Shown here: positions 57,071 to 64,000 of the stretch, piece by piece | Layout: each line of letters begins with the position of its first letter | Position numbering within the stretch: position 1 is the stretch's first letter | DNA from: a virus | Taxonomy: Duplodnaviria; Caudoviricetes | Length of the DNA stretch: 64,000 nucleotides | Reading direction: 5' to 3' (one strand) | Virus record (IMG/VR): IMGVR_UViG_3300006173_000003 | Span: 9,439 to 73,438 of that record | Notes under the pieces: model-generated | Database searches by the model: none | What the model saw: the letters and a program-made list of their open reading frames with translations, nothing else | Told to the model about the DNA's origin: nothing | Translations under genes and position numbers: made by a program

Positions 57071-58971
57071 AATATTGGTATACGATATTGGTGTTTATTG
57101 CCTGTCAGGCAAGTGCGGCAAACAAATATTATGCGTCTGCTGCTGGATCAGACGGAAATGCATGTAGCATATCATTGCCATGCAGGCAAGTAAATAAGTT
57201 AATATCCGTTGCCTCTTCTGGGGATACGCTTCTTCTTAATGGCGGCGATTCTTTCAACTCATTTATAGTAAGTAAATCGAATCTATGGATAGGGAGCTAT
57301 GGGACTGGACAGCCAATTATAACCGGCTTTATCGCCCTGTCTGGTTGGACTTTGTTGGGAGGAGGTATTTATCAAACGGCTTGCGCTGGGTGTAGTGTAA
57401 ATACAAACTTACTTTTAATGAATGGTGTCCAGCAGCCATTAGCCCGTTGGCCTAACACCGGATATAGAACCTATACAAGTTTTTCGGGAACAACTTCAAT
57501 AACAGATCCTACATTAACCAATACGCCAAACTGGACAGGAGGGTATGTGGCCATTCGAAATAACCGGTTTACTCTTTCGACAAACTTAATTACTAATCAT
57601 TCTACAACTGTAATTACATATACCGCCGCAACATCACAAACGGGAAATAATAATTACGGATACTTCATCATAAAAGACTCTCTTGCACTGGATACATTAG
57701 GGGAATGGTGGTACAGCCCCAGCACAGGTAACATGAAAATGTATTTTGGAGCCGCCAATCCAGCTTCTTATACAGTACAAACGACGACAGTTGATACCTT
57801 GATTACAGTCGTAAATAATTTACGGAATATAACCTTTAGCAATCTTGACTTAGAAGGAGCCGGAGTTTATGGGTATTATATCGGAAAGGATACCAATGTG
57901 GTTGTAAAAAACAATACAATCCGATATTCAGGAGGAATAGGTTATTGGTCTCAACAGGGAGATTCCTGTCAGCTTATAAATTCCATTATTCAATACTGTA
58001 ATAGTGTGGGAGTGGGAGACGATGCCAGCGGGAAGTCCGGGTACTATGGAACGGATACTATTTCAAATATTGCGCTTATTCCGGGTCAGGCATTTCTTCT
58101 TCAAGGGCACAACTGGATGGGAGCTTTTTTAAACGACTCCTTCAATATAATTGAATATAGTCGCATTCATAATACTGGGGGAAACGGAATAAATATTTAC
58201 GATGCCAAAAGCTGTAATAATAATGCTGCTGATTCTTCCAATTTAGTTGTCGATGATGGAGGCCCAATTTATTGTCTGGGGTATACGGATACTACGGTAG
58301 TAAAAAGAATATATCAGAATGTCGTTGGAGATGGCGTTGGTGCTCCTGCCGGGACTAATACGGCTATAGGGTTCTCGAATGGCATTTATGTCGATCAAAA
58401 TAACGCCAATGTATATGTAGATAGCAACACTGTCTATAATTGCTCCAATGCCGGAATATATTTCCATGATTCAAGAAACAGCTACATTCTGGGCAACACA
58501 GTCTATAATTGCAAGTATCAACTCCTTTTCCAAGGAGATCAGCCTACGCAGCCAATAGTAAGGATGACCGTTAAAAAAAATGTATTTGGGATAAGTAAAA
58601 CAACCCAAGATGTCATTCATTTTGATGCCTTTAATGGTCTCCGGTTTAATAACTCTTTCGGGACGCTGGACAGCAATTATTATGGATTGACCCCCTCTTC
58701 GGCTACCTGTTTTTACTCTGGATTAAGTCAGACTTATAGCCAATGGCACGACTCTACATCGGATAGTCATGGCACCCTTCTTCCGTCCCCAACCCTATTC
58801 CAATACAATAATACTCAGTCTCCTATACCTCTGTCGCTGACCAAAAATTACTATGATGCCTTGAATAAAAGCTACTATATTAGTACGGTCGTGCCAGCCT
58901 TCGGATCTCTTTTCCTGGTTCCTGGAAGTTTTATTAATTATACGCCGGGGGTAAAGTGGATATTGCATTGA
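57067..58971 (+). CDS. Exported right-handed parallel beta-helix protein (pectin lyase-like fold)
   Basis: TTG start, MKYWYTILVFIACQASA|A; GSDGN..S...P, GDTLLL..GD, DGGPIY, GIYVDQN, NTVYNC repeats. Confidence 0.75.
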   Translation: MKYWYTILVFIACQASAANKYYASAAGSDGNACSISLPCRQVNKLISVASSGDTLLLNGGDSFNSFIVSKSNLWIGSYGTGQPIITGFIALSGWTLLGGGIYQTACAGCSVNTNLLLMNGVQQPLARWPNTGYRTYTSFSGTTSITDPTLTNTPNWTGGYVAIRNNRFTLSTNLITNHSTTVITYTAATSQTGNNNYGYFIIKDSLALDTLGEWWYSPSTGNMKMYFGAANPASYTVQTTTVDTLITVVNNLRNITFSNLDLEGAGVYGYYIGKDTNVVVKNNTIRYSGGIGYWSQQGDSCQLINSIIQYCNSVGVGDDASGKSGYYGTDTISNIALIPGQAFLLQGHNWMGAFLNDSFNIIEYSRIHNTGGNGINIYDAKSCNNNAADSSNLVVDDGGPIYCLGYTDTTVVKRIYQNVVGDGVGAPAGTNTAIGFSNGIYVDQNNANVYVDSNTVYNCSNAGIYFHDSRNSYILGNTVYNCKYQLLFQGDQPTQPIVRMTVKKNVFGISKTTQDVIHFDAFNGLRFNNSFGTLDSNYYGLTPSSATCFYSGLSQTYSQWHDSTSDSHGTLLPSPTLFQYNNTQSPIPLSLTKNYYDALNKSYYISTVVPAFGSLFLVPGSFINYTPGVKWILH

Positions 58972-59008
58972 AAAATATATTATCTTCATATAGCTAAAAT
59001 CTATAATC

Positions 59009-59362
59009 ATGTCTCCATTTTGGACTGAAATTTTAGGTAAAGACAACGACCCAAATATTCTTGCGGCGGCATTCGTTTTTGCCCTTATTGGTATTTTTAT
59101 TACCCTTCTTTTGGGAACCACGACCCGGCAAGTATTATCCGAAAACAGCCCCATGCATTTTTCATGGTCGTATCTACTGTCAGATAATTTCAAGCGAATC
59201 GTGGCCACATTGCTAATGGTGGTCATATCCCTTCGGTTTGTTCATGACTTGTTCGGATTTGAGCTTAGCTCATGGCATGGATTCGTTATTGGTTCTGGGT
59301 GGGACGGATTAGCGTTCATCATAAAACAAAAAACGAAATTATTAGATCCCAGTGCAAAATAA
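59009..59362 (+). CDS. Putative holin
   Basis: 117 aa with about 3 TM segments at the head of the lysis cassette. Confidence 0.5.
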   Translation: MSPFWTEILGKDNDPNILAAAFVFALIGIFITLLLGTTTRQVLSENSPMHFSWSYLLSDNFKRIVATLLMVVISLRFVHDLFGFELSSWHGFVIGSGWDGLAFIIKQKTKLLDPSAK

Positions 59363-60023
59363 AATCATTTTTGGATTATGTATTGTATGCCTTGCGTTGG
59401 CAGTACTCTTCTGGCGGTCTTGCCATAAGTCAGTCTTAGTGTCTCCTACAAAATCGGACAGCGCCGTAGATAGCATAGTCAAAAAAGCAATTTCCGATAC
59501 TGTTTTGGTTCATCATTTTGCAGATTCAGTTAATCGGGAAAACATCGTTCTGAAAGGGCAGCGAGATTCCTTACTATACTTATTGGGAGTAACCAAGGGA
59601 AGCCTCAAAGGAAAGGATAGAGACATTCAGGCCCTTATCGATAACATTAACCAAGCAGAGGCCGGGAACAACCAGGGAGCCGCTTTGGTAGCCTGCGACT
59701 CCTTAAAAACGGCCTACCCGATTGCCAAGGGACTTGTAACTCAATACATCCGTTCCAATGACTCACTAATCAAAGTAAACGATCTTATTTCAAGAAACAA
59801 GGATACAATCATATGGCGTCTGAATTCAGCCTTTACGGATGCCAATAATTCTTTATTTGAAATATCACGTCAGTATGGGGTAGTGTCGGGGAGTTACAAA
59901 AAAGCATTAAAGCAGGCTGGCAAAAGATGGGGGATTGGCCCGCAAATTGGAGTTAGTGTAGTAGGGGACAAATTTGCTCCTGTAATTTCTTTTGGAGTTA
60001 CGTATAACTTAATCAAATTCTAG
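59352..60023 (+). CDS. Putative spanin
   Basis: GTG start; N-terminal TM ending RSC, periplasmic coiled coil, C-terminal amphipathic beta strands ending in F. Confidence 0.55.
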   Translation: MQNKIIFGLCIVCLALAVLFWRSCHKSVLVSPTKSDSAVDSIVKKAISDTVLVHHFADSVNRENIVLKGQRDSLLYLLGVTKGSLKGKDRDIQALIDNINQAEAGNNQGAALVACDSLKTAYPIAKGLVTQYIRSNDSLIKVNDLISRNKDTIIWRLNSAFTDANNSLFEISRQYGVVSGSYKKALKQAGKRWGIGPQIGVSVVGDKFAPVISFGVTYNLIKF

Positions 60024-60084
60024 TCATGGAAAGAAATAATTCAACTTATCAACCTATTAAACCACAATCCCATACTATTGAATC

Positions 60085-60378
60085 ATGGAACGATATTGGA
60101 CGCGATTTGCCCGATTTATCAAAGAAAACCACACGAAAAGAATTAAAGAAACTTTTAGCGGATATTGTATGGGTTTTATTGGCGCTAAGTCTCTTCTCTT
60201 TAGTGGGATCATGGCTAATTTGGTAGGACCTCTATGGTGGATTGCCAAAGGCATAGGAACGGTTATGCTAGCGTTCTGCACAAGTGTCGCCACGGCTTAT
60301 GGAGCGTATCTGATAGAAATTCACAAGGAGAATCAAAAAAAAAGCCCCGAATCCAAGAGAAAAGACCGCGCCGCTTAA
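60085..60378 (+). CDS. Small membrane protein (holin-like)
   Basis: Two hydrophobic segments and a basic C-terminal tail; competes with overlapping ORF 60026-60226. Confidence 0.45.
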   Translation: MERYWTRFARFIKENHTKRIKETFSGYCMGFIGAKSLLFSGIMANLVGPLWWIAKGIGTVMLAFCTSVATAYGAYLIEIHKENQKKSPESKRKDRAA

Positions 60379-60396
60379 CTTCAAACAAATATAAAA

Positions 60397-60579
60397 ATGA
60401 ACCACGAAAAGGACGAAAAAAAACGTCATCATGAACATCCTGATAAGGAGGCTAAGCCCCATTCAGAACCGCCTAAAAATCCTTTACCAGAGGATACGCC
60501 TTCGGAAGAATCGTCAAATACAGAAGATTCGAATCCAGATAAGCCCCCTCCTGGCGGCACTCCGGGTTCGGGTCATTAG
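60397..60579 (+). CDS. Small acidic Pro-rich peptide
   Basis: 60-aa disordered ORF ending DKPPPGGTPGSGH. Confidence 0.45.
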   Translation: MNHEKDEKKRHHEHPDKEAKPHSEPPKNPLPEDTPSEESSNTEDSNPDKPPPGGTPGSGH

Positions 60580-60613
60580 GCACTCTTTAATTATTTTAGG
60601 GTCAGTATTGATT

Positions 60614-60988
60614 ATGGGGGAGATCCCGTCAATACTGACCGATTTTTTTCCTGAATGGAGTAGAACACAAGTATATTGGTTTGCAGACCCATACTATCAT
60701 TATTCTACCCAACGAAATGACATGCTTAAGTTTATCGCTAACGATTTGTTTGATATTGGATTAGCTGTAATAGCCGTCAAAGCTGCCAAACAATTTAGTG
60801 TATATTTATTCTTGGTATTAGTAATTGTTCTGGGGTATTTAATAGTAGGGTTCATAATGCTTTTTTGGGATTTTAAGACCAGCCACCTCTTTTTCTATGA
60901 CTTTTTATTGACTATCTTTATATTGATTAAGGGCGTTTTTAAGGGATATAGGCCAGAGACTTTGGCTAGAATAAAATCAATTTTTTAA
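60614..60988 (+). CDS. Multi-pass membrane protein
   Basis: Three hydrophobic segments; start uncertain. Confidence 0.5.
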   Translation: MGEIPSILTDFFPEWSRTQVYWFADPYYHYSTQRNDMLKFIANDLFDIGLAVIAVKAAKQFSVYLFLVLVIVLGYLIVGFIMLFWDFKTSHLFFYDFLLTIFILIKGVFKGYRPETLARIKSIF

Positions 60989-61003
60989 ACAAAAACTAAA
61001 TAT

Positions 61004-61159
61004 ATGACAACGTTCTGGTGGTGTTTGGGTCTCGGAGTGGTGGCGTTTGTTTCTGGCTTTCTGGTAAGCCGAAATAACCCTAACTTAAAAGTAGTGAACA
61101 AAATAATCTCAACAGGTCAAGCGGTTATAGACGCTACTGGTAAACTTGTAAAAAAATAA
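61004..61159 (+). CDS. Small single-TM protein (51 aa, absent from ORF track)
   Basis: MTTFWWCLGLGVVAFVSGFLVSRNNP...KLVKK. Confidence 0.6.
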   Translation: MTTFWWCLGLGVVAFVSGFLVSRNNPNLKVVNKIISTGQAVIDATGKLVKK

Positions 61160-61161
61160 CT

Positions 61162-61443
61162 ATGGACACAACTAAATCAATCACTCTGGGTCAAGCGTTC
61201 GCCCATTGTGCAAGCACAGGTTCGTATTGGTTATGGATAGCCATAACTTTGGTTCTTGTTGTTGGAACAGCTATTGGGATGTTCGTATACGCTAAGAAGG
61301 CAGAGATAAATCCATATGTGAAATTGGCCTTGATATTCGCAATGGTAGCTGCTTTGTTCTGTTGCGTCTTTATTCGCCCTTGCAGCGTGGCTGTTTCGAC
61401 TAGCGTAACCATGGCGGCAAAAAATCACTGGCTCGGCTATTAA
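61162..61443 (+). CDS. Two-TM membrane protein
   Basis: Two clear hydrophobic helices. Confidence 0.6.
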   Translation: MDTTKSITLGQAFAHCASTGSYWLWIAITLVLVVGTAIGMFVYAKKAEINPYVKLALIFAMVAALFCCVFIRPCSVAVSTSVTMAAKNHWLGY

Positions 61444-61857
61444 ATGTTTCCAATGAAACCATTATTTGTGATTATAGTCTGGTTTATATTCGTGGCTATA
61501 AATATCTTTATCGCAGAAGCAAACGATGCTACCAGACGTCGTAGAATAGCCAATAAAAATCCCAAACAAATAGAGCACTTCTGGTATGGGTTGGGATATG
61601 TTCTTATCTGCGGCGTACCTTTTTATATATCGAGAAACTGGTGGGAAATTAGTAGTTTAATCCTGCTTCACGCCAGCGTATTTCCAGTATCGTACAATCT
61701 TTTTGCAGGTAATTCTACTTTCCAACTGAGCACGACAAGTTCGTCCATTTTTGATCGGCTCCTAGTTAAGTTGGGAATGAAATCCACCGAAGAGGTAAAC
61801 ATTATTTCTTTTTGTCTCAGTATTATATTTTTAGTAATTCAAATCATTTTAGGATGA
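61444..61857 (+). CDS. Four-TM membrane protein
   Basis: Hydrophobic segments throughout; ATGA overlap with lysin. Confidence 0.6.
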   Translation: MFPMKPLFVIIVWFIFVAINIFIAEANDATRRRRIANKNPKQIEHFWYGLGYVLICGVPFYISRNWWEISSLILLHASVFPVSYNLFAGNSTFQLSTTSSSIFDRLLVKLGMKSTEEVNIISFCLSIIFLVIQIILG

Positions 61858-62438
61858 CAAAACCTGTATTGTCGGTTGAATTGGCAAATGCATGCCGCCC
61901 TTCAACCATCGAAGAAAAAGTTTGGCTATTGGGTCTAAGAGGATGGCAAGGAGAAAATAAAATAGGTATATATGATGATGCCATTTTTTTGATCACTCCC
62001 GATGGAATTACTGGATATAATGCCAATACAGATCCGTCTCGACTTCTTAAAGGTGTTGCTACACTAGTTCCCGGTACTTATTACTATAAGAAGGGATTAC
62101 ACGGGTTGCACCATCTTGACCTTAATAAAGGGAATGATCAGGCCGCGCTAAATGAAGCCATTCGGACCGGCAGGGACGTTTCTAGCCTTACATACTGGGC
62201 ATTTCGCCAAGATTCGGATGTGACTGTAAAAAGGGAAGGGGACCCCGATTCTCACACAGATAACGCTAAAAACAGATTTTGGATAGACATTCACCGGGGA
62301 GGGTATAATACAACTTCCAGTGCCGGATGCCAGACCATTCATCCTGATCAGTGGAAGGAACTGAAAGAAAAAGGATATGCTGCCATGGATACATATAATG
62401 AGCCACGCATACCTTATGCTTTGGCTCTAAAAAAGTAA
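61854..62438 (+). CDS. Putative endolysin with L,D-transpeptidase (YkuD)-like catalytic motif
   Basis: IDIHRGGYNTTSSAGCQTI (H...SxGC); last gene of the lysis cassette before a terminator. Confidence 0.6.
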   Translation: MTKPVLSVELANACRPSTIEEKVWLLGLRGWQGENKIGIYDDAIFLITPDGITGYNANTDPSRLLKGVATLVPGTYYYKKGLHGLHHLDLNKGNDQAALNEAIRTGRDVSSLTYWAFRQDSDVTVKREGDPDSHTDNAKNRFWIDIHRGGYNTTSSAGCQTIHPDQWKELKEKGYAAMDTYNEPRIPYALALKK

Positions 62439-62465
62439 TTGAAGATAGGTTTAGTTGTTTTATAG

Positions 62466-62501
62466 GCCCCGGAAGCGTAGAAATATGCGCCGGGGTTTTT
62501 T
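62466..62501 (+). terminator. Intrinsic terminator ending the late operon
   Basis: GCCCCGG/CCGGGGT stem followed by T-run. Confidence 0.75.
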
Positions 62502-62505
62502 CATT

Positions 62506-62545
62506 AAAAATATAATCCCCAACTTAGAGAGAAGCTGGGGATTAT
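62506..62545 (-). terminator. Minus-strand terminator hairpin
   Basis: 14-bp stem 62512-62525/62532-62545; the plus-strand A-C mismatch becomes G-U on minus; U-tract follows on minus. Confidence 0.6.
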
Positions 62546-62749
62546 ATTCCATCAAACGGTTTAGTAAATGTTTGACTATCAAAATTATTGTTGGCAAATT
62601 AATGGGCTTGCCGACCTCTTTGATGAACTATTTCATGATTACCTCCCTTTATGTTCATTATTAATGTGATACCTTCCTGAAACGAAAGTAAAATAAATTA
62701 TTTAAAAATAAAATTAGGAAATGTGATAACATGATAATATCTTTACTTC

Positions 62750-62917
62750 ATGGAAACAAGAAAAACAACACCCGGTCACATAGATAGCGACATAATGAGG
62801 AAGATAAGAAAGTTTGTTGCCGATAAGGGAGGAAACATAAAACAAGTTCTTGAAACGGGAGCTTTATGGGTAATGAGCGATGGATCTAAAGAGTACATTA
62901 GAAAATTAAAGAAATGA
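62750..62917 (+). CDS. Ribbon-helix-helix DNA-binding protein (55 aa, absent from ORF track)
   Basis: KTTPGHIDSDIMRKIRKFVADKGGNIKQVLETGALWVM; ATGA overlap with next gene; TATCTTTA -7-like box at 62738-62745. Confidence 0.6.
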   Translation: METRKTTPGHIDSDIMRKIRKFVADKGGNIKQVLETGALWVMSDGSKEYIRKLKK

Positions 62918-63102
62918 AAATACTTTGTTACTTACTTTGTGTTATTTTCCCACCTTTATTAATGTATCTAATTGGTAGTTTTATAATGTTATCATTTGAT
63001 ATTAGGGGGTGGAACGAATCGGGAAGAGCAATTGGAGCCATTTCGTCATTGATGTTGACGGGGGTTTGTATAGCTGTTACCGCGGATGAATTTAAAAAGT
63101 AG
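62914..63102 (+). CDS. Small two-TM protein
   Basis: 62-aa hydrophobic ORF. Confidence 0.55.
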   Translation: MKILCYLLCVIFPPLLMYLIGSFIMLSFDIRGWNESGRAIGAISSLMLTGVCIAVTADEFKK

Positions 63103-63150
63103 CCCGTTTTTCATCTTGCCCTATTCAACGTTGCTAAAAACACATAAGAC

Positions 63151-63327
63151 ATGCATACAATACTTTTCATTCTATCCGGTCTTGTTGTTATATCTGTAGG
63201 GCTTATATTTCTGGCTAAGAGTTCTAAAGTAACAGACCCGGAAGATGACCAGGAATTCCATGAAAATGTTATCAATATGTCCAACGTTCCGAAGTGGAAA
63301 AAAGACATGAAAAAAAGAGTAAATTAA
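63151..63327 (+). CDS. Small single-TM protein (58 aa, absent from ORF track)
   Basis: MHTILFILSGLVVISVGLIFLAK then charged tail. Confidence 0.55.
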   Translation: MHTILFILSGLVVISVGLIFLAKSSKVTDPEDDQEFHENVINMSNVPKWKKDMKKRVN

Positions 63328-63338
63328 AAACATCTACA

Positions 63339-63419
63339 ATGTCACTAAAGAAAATTATTTGGATTGCCGCTATTCTTGTAGCTATGGTAATCTCCTTTGG
63401 GTTGTCCTTTACTGAATAA
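63339..63419 (+). CDS. 26-aa hydrophobic peptide
   Basis: MSLKKIIWIAAILVAMVISFGLSFTE with A-rich upstream region. Confidence 0.4.
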   Translation: MSLKKIIWIAAILVAMVISFGLSFTE

Positions 63420-63435
63420 AAAATAAACAACAAAT

Positions 63436-63573
63436 ATGAAACTGAAAAGAACATTCACCAACGTTATCACCACGATTGCCATCATTTCTTTCTTATGCTG
63501 GTTGGGAGGATGTACCTCTCAGAGAGGTGGAAGAACAGGGTGTCAAGCGCATCACGGAATGGGAGGGTATTAA
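63436..63573 (+). CDS. Small lipoprotein (45 aa, absent from ORF track)
   Basis: MKLKRTFTNVITTIAIISFLCWLGG|C lipobox; mature CTSQRGGRTGCQAHHGMGGY. Confidence 0.6.
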   Translation: MKLKRTFTNVITTIAIISFLCWLGGCTSQRGGRTGCQAHHGMGGY

Positions 63574-63574
63574 G

Positions 63575-63584
63575 CCCCCCCCCC
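63575..63584. repeat. Intergenic poly-C10 homopolymer
   Basis: Ten consecutive C in an AT-rich intergenic region. Confidence 0.8.
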
Positions 63585-63617
63585 ATACAAATAAAAAACA
63601 AAATAAAAAAAGGAAGA

Positions 63618-63904
63618 ATGAAAAAAGAACAATTTCACATTGTAAGGGCTGAAAAAGCCGGAGTTTTCTTGTGTCGTATTGCATCTTCTGTTGGAGATAC
63701 TTATACGGTTACAAATGCCCGTAGGCTCTATTATTGGAATGGGGCGCTGGATGTCTCCATGATTGCCAGAGAAGGAGTTACTAAGCCTCGGGATTGTAAG
63801 TTTTCCGTTCAATTGGGGGACAACGATACATCCACTATTCACAATGTGGTTGAAGCTCACCCAGTGTCTGAAAAAGCATTGGAAATCATTAATTCGGTTC
63901 CTGT

Positions 63905-63917
<13 letters not shown>
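63618..63917 (+). CDS. DUF6948-like phage protein
   Basis: IVRAEKAGVF...NARRLYYWNGA..VS.IA..GV pattern; ATG at 63618. Confidence 0.6.

Positions 63918-64000
<83 letters not shown>

Noticed and set aside
60026-60226. Track ORF 60026-60226
   Set aside because: Overlaps 60085-60378, which has a more holin-like profile; ambiguity remains
62455-62664. Track ORF 62455-62664 (plus)
   Set aside because: Runs through two terminator hairpins with no upstream promoter; probably spurious
1081-63860. Numerous 60-200 aa minus-strand and nested ORFs in the track
   Set aside because: Antisense or alternate-frame shadows of long genes with no motifs; only 35134-35979 and 38454-38759 were accepted on the minus strand

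Overview
This 64 kb window is a continuous stretch of a tailed dsDNA phage (or prophage) genome, almost entirely + strand and read in the standard genetic code. The host is inferred to be Bacteroidota, from TAnnTTTG promoters, Gln at +1 after signal peptides and D-S/T-hydrophobic O-glycosylation sequons. Order: replication module (YopX, DUF4373-type initiator with internal iterons, Twinkle/T7 gp4-like primase-helicase, SSB); a cluster of 5 glycosyltransferases and 2 methyltransferases; a podovirus/crAss-like virion module (ring-like proteins, cupin, three ejection-type proteins including a 2420-aa protein with a GNAT domain, M28-like peptidase, ATP-grasp ligase, terminase, 1515-aa tail protein, antisense tandem GroES, portal, scaffold, major capsid protein, decoration paralogues, fibres); four consecutive fibre/adhesin-like genes with Sec-type signal peptides; a membrane-protein-rich lysis cassette; and the start of an early region. 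No integrase, RNA polymerase, tRNA, CRISPR array or reverse transcriptase was seen. The best candidate for an undescribed system has three parts: (1) Sec-exported, sequon-rich tail-fibre-like proteins, two sharing a 16-aa C-terminal tag; (2) a phage glycan-building operon; (3) an interleaved double inverted-repeat element at 5603-5728 whose inversion would both turn a promoter towards that operon and destroy a terminator. Linking these parts is inference. All product calls come from manual motif recognition, not database searches.
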